DNA of 64,000 bases, taken from Longimicrobiales bacterium (GTDB taxonomy: Bacteria; Gemmatimonadota; Gemmatimonadetes; Longimicrobiales; Gaopeijiaceae). The position numbers and the translations under genes were made by a program. Each line of letters opens with the position of its first letter. Positions within the stretch are counted from its first letter, which is position 1. The stretch spans positions 1 through 64,000 of the forward strand of contig CBDDCX010000006.1 of NCBI GenBank assembly GCA_965226375.1, given 5' to 3'. The notes under the pieces were generated by a model, which was not told where the DNA came from, searched no databases, and worked only from the letters and a program-made list of their open reading frames with translations. This document shows, piece by piece, positions 36,294 to 47,580 of the stretch.

Positions 36294-36632
36294 ATGGGTA
36301 AGGGAAACAAGTTGGGCGAAGCCGAGCACCTCGTATTGCTGGCGGTCAGGCGGCTCGGTGGCCCGACGGGTGGCGCGGACATCCGAGAAACGGTAGAGGA
36401 ACGCACCGGCCGCGTACTGACGGTGAGCGCGATCTATGTGACGCTCATGCGGCTGGAAACAAAAGGATTCCTCAGCTCGCAGCTCGGTGATCCGACCCCG
36501 GTCCGAGGCGGAAAAGCCAGACGTCACTTCCGCATAACCGAGGCGGGTGACGAGGCCCTGGAAGAGGTGCGCCGTCAGTGGGAACGCATGTGGGAGGGCA
36601 TGCCCTCTGCTGCGGACGGAGCCACGCGATGA
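36294..36632 (+). CDS. PadR-family regulator
   Basis: LGEAEHLVLLAV, AIYVTLMRLETKG, RGGKARRHF; SD GGAGGTG. Confidence 0.88.
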   Translation: MGKGNKLGEAEHLVLLAVRRLGGPTGGADIRETVEERTGRVLTVSAIYVTLMRLETKGFLSSQLGDPTPVRGGKARRHFRITEAGDEALEEVRRQWERMWEGMPSAADGATR

Positions 36633-39304
36633 GGACCTCTGGCCCGCAGGACAGCAGCAAAGGCACGAAACACGCCAGTCCGCTCCCTCGGTGGGTTCAC
36701 CTGCTCCTTCGCCTCGTGATTCCCGAGCACGTCCGAGCCGTGGTGATGACGGACATCGAATCGGCCTACCGGCGCGACGTGGAGCGTCTCGGACTCGTCC
36801 GGGCCCGGCGGCGACTCCTGGCTGAACTGGCCCCTTGGCACCTGTTGGCACTTCGGCACACCGTACGACAAACGCGGCATAGGAACTTGGACGGGAGAGG
36901 GATGATGGCCTGCGTTGACGATTTGAGATTTGCGGCTCGAGCGCTACTGCGGAGTCCGGCCTTCGCCGGCGTATCGGTCTTGACGTTGGCGCTGGCGATC
37001 GGTGCGAACACTGCGGTCTTCTCGATGGTGGACACGTTCGTGTTGCGCGCCCTGCCCATCCCCGATGCGGATCGCACCTACGAGGTCTACGAGACCGCAC
37101 CGGTGACCGGCGACTACGGACGAGTCAGTTGGGCGGAGTTCCTCGATTGGCGAGAGCGCAGCACACTGTTCGAGCGCATGGTCGCGTTCGAGGAGGGCGG
37201 TGTCACGTTGAGCCAGGGCAACCGGGCGGACTGGCTCCCAGGCGGACTCGTCAGCCGCGACTATTTCGACCTAGTGGGCGCGCAGCCCTTCCTGGGGAGA
37301 TTCTTCTCACCGGTGGAGCACCTGGACGACGCGTCGCCCGTGGCGGTGATGAGCTACCGGCTCTGGGTGAATCGATTCGAGGCCGATCCCGACATGATCG
37401 GCAGCACCATCGTGCTGGATGACGAGGCACACGAGGTCGTCGGGGTCGCCGCGCCCCACGCGGGAGATCTCACAGCGAACCGACTCCTCGATCGGACGGA
37501 CCCCACCGATATCTGGCGGCCTATCGAGCGAGTACCCTTCTGGAGTGGCCGCGCCAACCACTGGCTCGACGTGGCCGTCCGGGTTGCTCCCGGTGTGGGT
37601 CCGACCGCGGCGCTCGAAGAGCTGAGCGCGATCGTGGTGCGGCTCAATGAGGAGCACGGCACGTCCAGGGGTGTGGCGATCGTCCCGCTGGGCGAGCGCT
37701 TTGGGGGCGACTCGGCTGCCTTGCTGCTCGCTCTTCTGGGGGCCGTGGGTCTGGTAATGCTCATCGCAACGGCCAACGTGGCTGCGCTCGGGCTGGCTCG
37801 CGCCACGACGCGCAGCAAGGAGTTCACGGTGCGCGCCGCGATCGGTGCGGGACGCGGACGCCTATTCCGCATGGCGATTGGCGAGGCCCTGCTGATCACC
37901 GGCCTGGCCGTGGGGCTGGGAGTCGGCACGGGATGGTTGGGCATCCAGATCCTTGTGGGTATCTGGTTCGAGGGGGCGCCCTTGGCCCAAGAGGTCGCCC
38001 TCAACTGGAGGGTCCTGGCGTTCACAGGCGTAGTGGGGTCTCTCGGCGCCGTGCTCGTCGGAGCACCCCCTGCCTTCCAGGTCGTTCGCACCAGCGTACA
38101 CGGCATGCTGGGTAGAAATTCCCTCGGCGTGACGTCGGGCGGAGCTGGCCGCCACGGTCGCAACCTGCTCTCGGTGGGTCCGTTCGCCCTGTCGGTCGTG
38201 CTCCTGGTGGGGGCCGGTCTGATGATCCAGAGCTTGGTGGGGCTACTCAATGTGGATACCGGCGTCGATCCGGAAAACCTGCTGACGTTCGAGATGAACA
38301 TCACGGAGAATCGTTTTCCAGATGACGCCGAGATCCGGGGCATGTACGACGACCTGACGGAGCGGCTGCGTTCGGTACCGGGCGTGGTCTCCGCCGCGAG
38401 CTCCTTCTCCAACCCACTGACGAGTCCCTTCTCCTCGCTGCTGGGGATCGAAGGCCGCGACCCGTTTCCGGAAGGACAGGCGCCACGCGCACTGCTCAAG
38501 GGCGTCGATATGCACTACTTCTCCACGGTCGGATCACGTCTCATCCGGGGTCGTTCGTTTCTACCAGAGGACCACACCGCTCCTGAGATCGTTGCTCTCA
38601 TCAATGAGACGCTCGCCGAACGCTACTGGCCCGACTCGGATCCGGTCGGCCAGCGCCTCATCAATGGTGGGAACCCGATTCGGATCATCGGTGTGGTCGA
38701 GGACGTACGGCTTGGCGGGCTGGATCTCGAGCCCGATCTCCAGAACTATTACGAGATCGACGACACGCGGCCCCGGACCCTCACAGTTCGAACAACGGCT
38801 GACCCGGAGCAGATGATCCCTATTCTCCGCCGTGAAGTCTTCGAGGCGACCGGACTTCCGATCTACCTCGTCAACACGCTGGACGATCTGCTCACGTCCG
38901 CAAGCGCGAACCGCCGTACCGGTGCGATGCTCCTGGGCACGCTGAGCGTGCTCGCGCTCGTGCTCTCCGCCGTCGGGATCTTCAGCGTCCTCTCGTACAC
39001 CGTCTCGCAGCACCGCCGGGAGATGGGCATTCGGCTCGCCTTGGGTGCTACCGGTTCGCGAGTGACCAAACTGATCCTGCGCCAAGGGATGACGGCCGCC
39101 GTGGCCGGCCTCGTCTTGGGGGTGATGTTGGCGCTCGGGCTCACCCGTTTTCTTCAGGGCCAGCTCTACGGTGTAAGTGCGACGGACCCGCGAACGTTCA
39201 TTGGGGCGTGCGTGACGCTCGCAGCCGTGGCGTTTGCGGGTTGCTACCTGCCGGCCAGACAGGCCGCTCGCTGCGATCTGATCGACGCGATGCGGGAGGA
39301 GTAA
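36629..39304 (+). CDS. ADOP-family duplicated ABC permease
   Basis: DDLRFAARAL, GANTAVFS, EMGIRLALGA; ATGA coupling with padR. Confidence 0.9.
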   Translation: MRTSGPQDSSKGTKHASPLPRWVHLLLRLVIPEHVRAVVMTDIESAYRRDVERLGLVRARRRLLAELAPWHLLALRHTVRQTRHRNLDGRGMMACVDDLRFAARALLRSPAFAGVSVLTLALAIGANTAVFSMVDTFVLRALPIPDADRTYEVYETAPVTGDYGRVSWAEFLDWRERSTLFERMVAFEEGGVTLSQGNRADWLPGGLVSRDYFDLVGAQPFLGRFFSPVEHLDDASPVAVMSYRLWVNRFEADPDMIGSTIVLDDEAHEVVGVAAPHAGDLTANRLLDRTDPTDIWRPIERVPFWSGRANHWLDVAVRVAPGVGPTAALEELSAIVVRLNEEHGTSRGVAIVPLGERFGGDSAALLLALLGAVGLVMLIATANVAALGLARATTRSKEFTVRAAIGAGRGRLFRMAIGEALLITGLAVGLGVGTGWLGIQILVGIWFEGAPLAQEVALNWRVLAFTGVVGSLGAVLVGAPPAFQVVRTSVHGMLGRNSLGVTSGGAGRHGRNLLSVGPFALSVVLLVGAGLMIQSLVGLLNVDTGVDPENLLTFEMNITENRFPDDAEIRGMYDDLTERLRSVPGVVSAASSFSNPLTSPFSSLLGIEGRDPFPEGQAPRALLKGVDMHYFSTVGSRLIRGRSFLPEDHTAPEIVALINETLAERYWPDSDPVGQRLINGGNPIRIIGVVEDVRLGGLDLEPDLQNYYEIDDTRPRTLTVRTTADPEQMIPILRREVFEATGLPIYLVNTLDDLLTSASANRRTGAMLLGTLSVLALVLSAVGIFSVLSYTVSQHRREMGIRLALGATGSRVTKLILRQGMTAAVAGLVLGVMLALGLTRFLQGQLYGVSATDPRTFIGACVTLAAVAFAGCYLPARQAARCDLIDAMREE

Positions 39305-39383
39305 AGGGCGACTGGCTGCTGAGAGCCGCTCCGAGGCACTGTGACAAGTCATTCGGCTATATGCTCGGGAAAGGGACGGGAGG

Positions 39384-40370
39384 ATGAAGAGGTCGTCACT
39401 AAAATCCGTGAAGCTACTGCTTCTTTCTGTTGGTCTACTACCGACCGGTCTTCGGGCTCAAGAAAGCAGCCCTGTCATGTATTTCAGTCCGGACTGGTCG
39501 CCGGACGGTGAGAGAATCGTTTTCTCGTCTGGCAGTAATGGCGCGTTCTCGATTTACGCCGTTGATGTCGACGGCCACAACCTCATCCGCCTTACGGATG
39601 CCGAGTACAATGATGAGGGTCCGGTTTGGTCTCCAGATGGCCGGAAAGTCGCCTTCTTCTCGAACCGACGAGATCAAAGGGACGAACGACCGATCAGTCT
39701 TCAGATCCATATCATGAACGCCGACGGATCGGACCAGAGACGGGTTACCGACGAGAGCGCCGCGCTGGAGTACGACATCACGTGGTCTCCGGATGGAGAC
39801 CGCATCGCCTTTCAGTCGAGGCCCGAGATCAATCCTTTCGTCCACAGTATCTACGTGGTCGGCACCGATGGACTGGGGAGGGAGCGGGTCACGGACGGTC
39901 AGTACAACGATTTCTCACCCCAATGGTCACCCGATGGTGATCGGATTCTGTTCGTCCGGACAACGGCCCTCTACAAGTTCAGGCGTGATCAGACCGACGA
40001 GGAACGAAACGATGTCAATGTGTCGACGGAGATCATGGTTTTGGACCTCGCGGACGGGACCATTACGCCCATCACCCAGAACGAGGTTCCTGACGAAGGT
40101 GCAAGCTGGAGCTCGGACGGCAGCGAGGTGTTCTTCTTCCGGGACAACTCAGACGGAAGATCGCTGTTGCGACAGCGCCTCGGCCAACCGGCCCCTACCA
40201 TCATGGTCGAGGACGGCAACGCGGTGTCCAATACCGGCGGCTTCGTCAACAGAGCGCGTGTTTCTCCAAACGGGCGTTTCCTGACCTACACGAAGGCAGT
40301 CGACGGTGTGTACGGTCTCTACATTTACGCTCTCGAGCTCGAACGGGAAACACGGGTTATGGACGGGTAA
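39384..40370 (+). CDS. TolB-like PD40 beta-propeller protein
   Basis: Signal peptide and repeated WSPDG motifs. Confidence 0.85.
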   Translation: MKRSSLKSVKLLLLSVGLLPTGLRAQESSPVMYFSPDWSPDGERIVFSSGSNGAFSIYAVDVDGHNLIRLTDAEYNDEGPVWSPDGRKVAFFSNRRDQRDERPISLQIHIMNADGSDQRRVTDESAALEYDITWSPDGDRIAFQSRPEINPFVHSIYVVGTDGLGRERVTDGQYNDFSPQWSPDGDRILFVRTTALYKFRRDQTDEERNDVNVSTEIMVLDLADGTITPITQNEVPDEGASWSSDGSEVFFFRDNSDGRSLLRQRLGQPAPTIMVEDGNAVSNTGGFVNRARVSPNGRFLTYTKAVDGVYGLYIYALELERETRVMDG

Positions 40371-40412
40371 CACACCCGGAGACGGCGGGGCTCGTCTCAA
40401 GCGGCTCCCCCC

Positions 40413-40715
40413 TCAGCGCGCCGCCAGCCCCTTCGCCGCCGCGATCCCGAGGATCGCGCTCATGCGGGCGATCTCTCGCTCGCAGGCCGCAGCACCCTCC
40501 GCGGTGATCTGATAGACGCCGTCGGCCTCGGTCACCCACCCCCGCCGAAGCAGGCGCTTGAGCCCGCCATACAGCGTACCCGGTCCCATCGCCAACCGGC
40601 CGTCACTCCTCACGCGCATGTCTTCGTTGATGACATGGCCCGGCTTCGGGCCATCGGCTAGCGCCAGGAGGATCTGGAACTGAGCGGATGGCAGGGACGA
40701 TCGATTGAGCGTCAT
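40413..40715 (-). CDS. PadR-family regulator
   Basis: QILLALADGP, GPGTLYGGLKRL, YQITAEG. Confidence 0.75.
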   Translation of the reverse strand: MTLNRSSLPSAQFQILLALADGPKPGHVINEDMRVRSDGRLAMGPGTLYGGLKRLLRRGWVTEADGVYQITAEGAAACEREIARMSAILGIAAAKGLAAR

Positions 40716-43326
40716 TCTCCCCTCAACAGGGTCACGGGATCGGTGCGAACGGCACGGAGAGCGGGGGCTGCGGCCGCCAGTACTCCCGTAGCGACGATCA
40801 AGGCTGCTGTGGCGCCGAGAGATACCGGGTCGGTCCGCTCGACGCCGAACAGGAAGGACTCGAGCGCAGAGCTGCCGATCAGGAAGAGTACGATCCCCGC
40901 ACCCACGCCCGCCACAGTCAGCGAGAGGCTTCGTATCAGCACCTCCCGGAGTACAGTCCCGGAGGTGGCGCCCAGGGCGAGCGCTACAGCCCAGCCTCGG
41001 ATCCGCCCGCTGACCCATTGCGAGATGACACCGTGCACGCCGACGGCGCCGACGATGAGCGCCAACACACCGAGCAGGATCAGCAGTCGCATGATCATGA
41101 GCGTGTCCCCCTGAGCGGCCTGCTCGACCTCGGTAAACGTGGAGACGCTCCTCACGGCCAGGCGGGGCTCCGCTCTCTCAACAGGTTCACGACCTGGGCC
41201 GGGTACTGCGGCCCCGCCCCGGGCACGGGTCGCGCGACCATCGCAAAACTCAGAAACCGCGGATGTTGCTCGATCAGAACGTAGATCGCAGGGAGAACCG
41301 CATCTGTCAGATTCCCTTCCGAAACGTTACCCACTACGCCCGCCACGCGGCGGCTCGCTCCCCAAGCGGTGACCGAACGCTGGCCGGCCGGATCCTCTCT
41401 GGGCCAAATCCTCTCGGCAAGTGCTTGGTTCACCCAGGCCACCGGAGCACCATCGGCTCGGTCGATGAACGAGTCGGGAAGGCGCCCGGAGGCGAGCGGC
41501 ACGCCCAATGCCTCGAAATATCCCGGCGTGACGAACCGAATCGGAACGAACATCGGCTCATCCAACACTCCCGGAGCCACCACCGACGTGGTCCACCCGC
41601 TCCCTCTCAGCGGGAGCTTCTGGCTCAAGCCGACCGAGGCCGTTTGGGGCATCTCACCGATCAATCCACGAAGGTTGGCGTACAGCTCTCCGTGTTCGGA
41701 GGCAGGATAATCCCCGGCGCCGGCGACGACATCGAGGACCACGGCCTGTCCGGGAGAGAGGCCGGTCTCGATCATCGAGAGCTCGCCGACGCTCCTCGCC
41801 ATCACGCCGGCTCCCCCGACGAGCAGCACGGTAAGGGCGACCTGTGCTATGACCAGTGCGTTCTGGGTCAGCGCTGCTGAGCGGGAGGCGCCGGTAGTCG
41901 TGCCGCGACTCCCGCCCGGTGTCTTGGCGGACGATCCGAGCGCTGCGATCAGACCGACAACCGCCCCGACCCCCACACCAAGGAGCAGCGTGAAGAGCAG
42001 AAATACCCGATCCATCTCGAGTGCCTGGGCATCCCCCGGTGAGATCGGCAGGCTGCCCACCAGCAGCTTGAAGCCGACCAGCCCGAACAGCACTGCGGCG
42101 CCACCGCCCAACAAGCCGATGATCGTGGACTAGGTCACGAGTTGGCGAGCGAGACGACTCCTACTCGCGCCGATGGCCGCCCGAAGGGATAACTCGCCCC
42201 TGCGTCGCTCGGTGTGCCCGAGCAACAGCCCCCCTACGTTGATGACGGCCATGAGCAGCACGAGCGCCAGCGCTCCCCCGACCAGGATCATCGGCTCGCG
42301 ATTACGGCCGAAGATGGCGCGCCGAACCGGTGTCAGCCGAACGGCATCGGAAAAACTGTCAATCTGCCGCCCGAGCACCGTCACGACGCGCTGCGCCTCG
42401 CCGGCGAGCGTCTCGGGGGTGGCCGTTGTCGAGACTCGGGTGATCAGGCTGAGGTAGCGATCACGGCTCGTGCGATCGACCTGCATCGGCCGAAACATCC
42501 TCGTCGCTTCGTCCGGGAAGTAGAATTCCGGTGCGGTGATCCCGACGATCTCGACGCCCTGACCGTCTATCCGCAGCGTCGAGCCGACCATATCGGGTCT
42601 CTGACCCAGCTCGACCCACAGGCCATGGGTGATCACCGCGACCGGCGGGGCTCCCCGGACCTCGTCCGATACGTCGAAGTCGCGTCCCCTTTGAAGCTCC
42701 ACACCGAACACGGAGAAGAAGGCGTGGGAGACAAGGAGGGCATCCTCGGCCGACGCGGGGCCGGACTCGTTCTGTACCACGACCTGGGTCTCGGTGTAGG
42801 CGGCCACCAGAGAGAGCGTCGGGCTGCCTTCCTCGAGGACCGCCAGATCACTTGGAGCCCATGAACCGGCATTCCAGAACATGTGGATTCGATCGGGCGC
42901 GTCGTACGGAAGCTCCCGCAACAGCGTCCCACGCAGCACCGATTGGATGGCCGTCACACCCCCGATTCCGAGGCCCAGGGTGAGGGTCAAAACCAAGGTA
43001 AGTGCAGGGCGTCTCACCAGTCCCCGCATTCCGTATCGAAGATCCTGCCATAGACTCTCGAGCATCATCCCCACCCTCCCTTTCCCCTCGTGCGCGGCGA
43101 CGTCGAGCCACTCGCGCGGAACGTTTACGAAAGAATCCGCCAGGAGCCGGATCCAAAACACGAACGCCGCCGGGGTTCCCGCGATCCGAGCTCGCTTCCA
43201 CTCTCGCTCGAAGACGACCTCCATCGATTGGCCAAAGCGTTGGCGGAACGCGGCTGGATAGACCCTGAGTAGAGCCCTGTAGATGCCCCTGGGTGATCGA
43301 TCCATTCGTCTCCCCGATCGGTCCAT
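40712..43326 (-). pseudogene. ADOP permease with nonsense codon (42130) and frameshift (near 41155)
   Basis: Three consecutive ORFs rebuild one permease; TAG stands where LVTE is expected. Confidence 0.8.
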
Positions 43327-43330
43327 TCCT

Positions 43331-43378
43331 CACTTCGCATTGCGATATCGAGGGGTTGGACACTTCGCAGTGCGATAT
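43331..43378. promoter_or_regulatory. Tandem palindromic operators
   Basis: CACTTCGCA(T/G)TGCGATAT twice, 30-bp period, just upstream of the permease-padR operon. Confidence 0.55.
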
Positions 43379-43545
43379 GGTTGGAATACCGGTTGAACCC
43401 CGGATGTTGGACAGGCTGTTTACGCTGGAGCCCCGGCCCTCAACTAGACCCTGACCGACCCGAGGGGTCGGCTGAATCCACGGAGACAGGTGCCGTAAGA
43501 CGTTCAGCCGTTGACATGTGCTACACATGCTAACATGCTTTTCAC

Positions 43546-43623
43546 ATGTCTATCATGATCCAAATCCGCAATGTGCCGGAGGACCTGCACCGCCGAGCCA
43601 AGGCCAAGGCGGCCATGGAAGGC
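43546..43623 (+). pseudogene. FitA-like ribbon-helix-helix antitoxin stub
   Basis: [26 protein letters not shown] followed by unrelated sequence. Confidence 0.6.
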
Positions 43624-43786
43624 TCCTACCCAAGGCCCTCTCTCCACCTGGCCAGTCCATCACTACACGCCATACCTTGGCTTTTGGCCCCAAGGGGACT
43701 TGGAACGCCTACCACGTCACCGGCGAGGCCCATTGCGAGTGCTTCGAATCGTCCGCTATCCGCCCGAGCCAGGGAGGTCGTCACCG

Positions 43787-44143
43787 ATGGACCCGCTAGT
43801 GAAAATGACTTGTGAGGCCTGTCAGCGAGGGGCCCCCACCGTCACGGCTGAGGAAAGCCGTGAGCTGCATGCCCAGGTGCCGGAGTGGGCGCTCATCGAG
43901 CGGGATGGGATCCCGCGTCTGGAACGGGACTTCGAGTTCCGGAATTTCGCTGACGCGCTGCGGTTCACGAACGGCGTCGGTGCTCTGGCCGAAGAAGACG
44001 CTCATCATCCGGCCCTTGTGACCGAATGGGGCAACGTCAGGGTGACTTGGTGGACCCACAAGATCCGGGGCCTGCACCGGAACGACTTCATCATGGCCGC
44101 CAAGACAGACAAGCTCTTGGCCCGCGAAGGGACGGCTGACTAG
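43787..44143 (+). CDS. phhB: Pterin-4-alpha-carbinolamine dehydratase
   Basis: [30 protein letters not shown]. Confidence 0.9.
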   Translation: MDPLVKMTCEACQRGAPTVTAEESRELHAQVPEWALIERDGIPRLERDFEFRNFADALRFTNGVGALAEEDAHHPALVTEWGNVRVTWWTHKIRGLHRNDFIMAAKTDKLLAREGTAD

Positions 44144-44263
44144 AGCCAGACTGACCCTCTCGGCGGGAACCCCGGCCGGCCTCCGGAGGACTAGGAAAGG
44201 AGGGTGCGAATCGGGGAACCGAGGTCCGGCGGATCTCACCATCGACATTACGGAGGACGGCTC

Positions 44264-45595
44264 ATGCGAGATCACCGACGACGCGTATATGACTCGGTAC
44301 TCGGCCTCCTTTGCGACGCCGAGAATCCCACACCGCTCGTGCGGCTCAATCGAGTGGTTCCGTTCGAACACACACGGGTGTACGCAAAGCTCGAGTGGTA
44401 CAACCCGTTCGGCGCGGTCAAGGATCGTATCGCCGCCAACATGATCGCCGATGCCGAAGAACGGGGAGTGCTGCGCCCGGAGCAGCAACTGGTCGAGCCC
44501 ACGTCGGGGAACACCGGCATGGGCCTGGCCATGATGTCCAATGCGAGGGGGTATTCGCTCACGACCCCGTTGTCATCGGCGATCCCACTCGAGAAGCGTA
44601 CGATGCTGCGGTTCTTCGGCGCAGACGTCATCGAGCTCGAGGATACCCTTTGCCCAGCTCCTGGCGCTCCTGAGGGAGCGATCGCCAGAGCCAACGACCT
44701 GGCCGAGGCCCCCGATTTCTACATGCTCAATCAATATCGAAACGAAGCCAATCCCGACGCGCACTACAAGACCACAGGCCCCGAGATCTGGCTCCAGACG
44801 GACGGCGGAGTAACGCACTTCGTGGCCGGCCTGGGCACCTGCGGGACGATTACGGGGACGGGACGGTTCCTGAAGGAGCAGAACCCGGCCATCATGGTTC
44901 ATGGTGTGCACCCGGAAGAGGGACACGACATTCCGGGGGTGCGGAGTCTTCGGCAGCTCCAGCAGACCGAGCTCTTCCGGCCCGACGAGTATGACACGCT
45001 GGCCGAGGTGACCAACCAGGCGGCCTTCGACCTCTGCCTCCGACTCAACCGTGAGGAGAGCATCATAGCCGGCCCGAGCTCCGGCATGGCGCTCGCGGGC
45101 GCCTTCGACTTGGTGCCGGACGAGCCGGGGGGGCTCGCCGTGGTGTTGTTCCCGGACAGTGCCTTCAAGTACGCTTCGTCCGTGCCCAAGTACCTCCCAG
45201 AACTGGGCTCGACCGCGGCGCCCAGCCCACGTGAGCACATGATGGATCGGCTCGTTGAGAACGCGAAGAGCACACCAGGCCTCACTATCGAGGTCGGGCC
45301 CGCCCACGATCTCATCGAGGCCGCCAATGTTGTGGTGGTCGACGTGCGCGAGCCCGATGAATACGCGGCCATACGTATTCCCGGTGGGCTCCTCATGCCC
45401 CTGCAGGAGATGACTCGATACGTCGACTTCCTGCCCGAGGATCGCGAGGCCCCGATGCTCGTGGTCTGTGCCACGGGCGTACGATCTCTGTCCGGCGCCC
45501 TGTTCCTGGCTTCATTGGGCTACCGGAATGTCCGCAGCATCAATGGCGGAACCACCGCGTGGGCGGAGCAGGGGTTCGAGGTCGCGTGTGACTGA
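44264..45595 (+). CDS. PLP-dependent cysteine synthase family fused to rhodanese
   Basis: KLEWYNPFGAVKDR, PTSGNTG, GTCGT; C-terminal DVREPDEY, CATGVRS. Confidence 0.88.
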   Translation: MRDHRRRVYDSVLGLLCDAENPTPLVRLNRVVPFEHTRVYAKLEWYNPFGAVKDRIAANMIADAEERGVLRPEQQLVEPTSGNTGMGLAMMSNARGYSLTTPLSSAIPLEKRTMLRFFGADVIELEDTLCPAPGAPEGAIARANDLAEAPDFYMLNQYRNEANPDAHYKTTGPEIWLQTDGGVTHFVAGLGTCGTITGTGRFLKEQNPAIMVHGVHPEEGHDIPGVRSLRQLQQTELFRPDEYDTLAEVTNQAAFDLCLRLNREESIIAGPSSGMALAGAFDLVPDEPGGLAVVLFPDSAFKYASSVPKYLPELGSTAAPSPREHMMDRLVENAKSTPGLTIEVGPAHDLIEAANVVVVDVREPDEYAAIRIPGGLLMPLQEMTRYVDFLPEDREAPMLVVCATGVRSLSGALFLASLGYRNVRSINGGTTAWAEQGFEVACD

Positions 45596-45679
45596 TGAGG
45601 AGGTGTCAGCCATCGAGACGTTCGAGCGCTGGGTGGCACTCATGGCGACCCGGCACGGGAGGAGCTGGCTGAACTGAAA

Positions 45680-45704
45680 GGGGGGTGACCAAAGTCACCC
45701 CCCC
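45680..45704. terminator. Hairpin between convergent genes
   Basis: GGGGGGTGAC-CAAA-GTCACCCCCC. Confidence 0.6.
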
Positions 45705-45763
45705 AGGGTCCCGGCAAGTCAGCTCAGCGCGAAATCCGCGGATCCAGTCCGCGGTACGCAATC

Positions 45764-46525
45764 CTACGGCTTGACGTCGAAGCCGGATTCCTCGAGTTCA
45801 TGCGCATGCTCCTCACGCTTGGCGTCCTCTTCGTCGACGACTTGGCCGTCGAAGAGATGCACGGAGCGTTCCGCAACCGCAGAGTAACGCGGGTCGTGCG
45901 TGACCATGCAGATTGTGGCTCCCTCATCATGGAGCTCGTGCATCAGGTCCATGACCGCGTTGCCGTTCTTCGAGTCCAGGTTACCCGTGGGCTCGTCTGC
46001 CAGCAGGATGAGGGGCTTGCCCACGATGGCACGGGCCACCGCCACCCGCTGCTGCTGACCACCGGAGAGCTGGCTGGGATAGTGGGTCATGCGGTGAGCC
46101 ATGCCCACACGCTCCAGAGACGCGTGCACGCGCTCCTTGCGCTCGGCCCCACCCATTCCGCGATATGTGAGCGGGAGCTCGACGTTCTCGAATACCGTGA
46201 GGTCACCGATCAGGTTGAACGCCTGGAAGATGAACCCGATGGCCTGGTTGCGGATCTTGGCCCGCTGCGAAGCCGTGAGGTTCGCCGCCGGCTCGCCGTC
46301 GAGCAGGTAGTCACCGCTCGTGGGGGAATCGAGCAACCCCAGAATCGACAGCAGGGTGGTCTTGCCGCAGCCCGAAGGGCCCGCGATCGAAACAAACTCT
46401 CCTGCCTTGATGCTCAGATGGATCTCGGAGAGAGCATGAGTTTCGACCTCCTCCGTGTAGAACACCTTGCTCAGGCCGTTCAGTTTGATGAGGACCGTGT
46501 CCTGCGTCGAATCGCTGGTTTCCAT
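45764..46525 (-). CDS. ABC transporter ATP-binding protein (LolD/MacB-like)
   Basis: GPSGCGKTT, LSGGQQQR, ADEPTGNLD. Confidence 0.93.
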   Translation of the reverse strand: METSDSTQDTVLIKLNGLSKVFYTEEVETHALSEIHLSIKAGEFVSIAGPSGCGKTTLLSILGLLDSPTSGDYLLDGEPAANLTASQRAKIRNQAIGFIFQAFNLIGDLTVFENVELPLTYRGMGGAERKERVHASLERVGMAHRMTHYPSQLSGGQQQRVAVARAIVGKPLILLADEPTGNLDSKNGNAVMDLMHELHDEGATICMVTHDPRYSAVAERSVHLFDGQVVDEEDAKREEHAHELEESGFDVKP

Positions 46526-46622
46526 CCCTGGTACTCCGTCTCTGTGAAGCGACTCGGGGGTGGTTCCCCTCGAGGTCTTACTGATAGGCGAGATTTCCCC
46601 GTCAGAAGTTGCATCCTGAAAA

Positions 46623-47498
46623 TCAGCGCACGTCCTGCCGAGTTTCAGACCCTCCGCGGCGCAGGACAATCCGACCCCCGAACGTCTCCGCTTCGAGGAC
46701 CGCGCCACCGCTTCCGATGGTGAACGTATTTCTCTGTCCCCGCGCGAGGTTACCCACGCCGGAGAAGTTGGTGGAGATGCTCCCGTGGATGGTCGCGAAA
46801 CTGACGTCCGCATCCGTGCCCTCGGGAACCTCGATGGTGATTGAACCACCGTGCGATCCGAAGAAGTACTCGCCGTCGCGGTCGAGGCTACCGGAATAAG
46901 AGATCCTTCCACCTACCGTCCCCGCCTCCACCACGCTCGCCGAGACGTCGGCGAGCGTGATATTACCGCCTACCGACTCCACGAAAATTTCGCCCGACGA
47001 ACCCGAGATGTGCATGCTCTCGGCGACCGAGCTGGCTTCGATGACCCCCTCGGCGTCTTCAATGCGGATCTTTCCGGTCGTGGTCTCCGCCGTAACCGAG
47101 CCTCGGCCACCCACGATGGTGATGTCACCCTCGAAGGTCTCCACCGTCACTTCGCCGTTCGCGCCCTCCACGGTCACGTCGGTCGACCAGCCTTCCAGGT
47201 CCAGATCGAGGGACGCCGGCATCGTGATGTCGTAGTCGACGATGCTGGCGAAGCTGTTGCCCCTGCGGGTCTCGGCTTCCAGCTCGATGACCCCGGACCG
47301 GCGTCGCTCCACGGCGATCACAATTCGGCTCGAGTGCTCAGCCCGGATCCGTATCTCGGGGCGGTCCCAGGTCGTCACCGTGATGCGCCCACCTGCGTTC
47401 TCGATCTCGAGGCCCGTGGCACCATTCAGCTCCACGATAGTGTCCGTCTGTTGTACCAGGCTGAGGGCCATGAGGGCCCCAATCAATACTCCACTCAT
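46623..47498 (-). CDS. DUF4097 beta-strand repeat protein
   Basis: Signal peptide and repeated ET..G.I units. Confidence 0.8.
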   Translation of the reverse strand: MSGVLIGALMALSLVQQTDTIVELNGATGLEIENAGGRITVTTWDRPEIRIRAEHSSRIVIAVERRRSGVIELEAETRRGNSFASIVDYDITMPASLDLDLEGWSTDVTVEGANGEVTVETFEGDITIVGGRGSVTAETTTGKIRIEDAEGVIEASSVAESMHISGSSGEIFVESVGGNITLADVSASVVEAGTVGGRISYSGSLDRDGEYFFGSHGGSITIEVPEGTDADVSFATIHGSISTNFSGVGNLARGQRNTFTIGSGGAVLEAETFGGRIVLRRGGSETRQDVR

Positions 47499-47580
47499 GG
47501 TCGTTCGCTCTCGTCTATGGTCACATGCTTTCGCGTCATCATTCAGATCTCACCGATGCGTAGTGTTCTGTCCCAGAACA

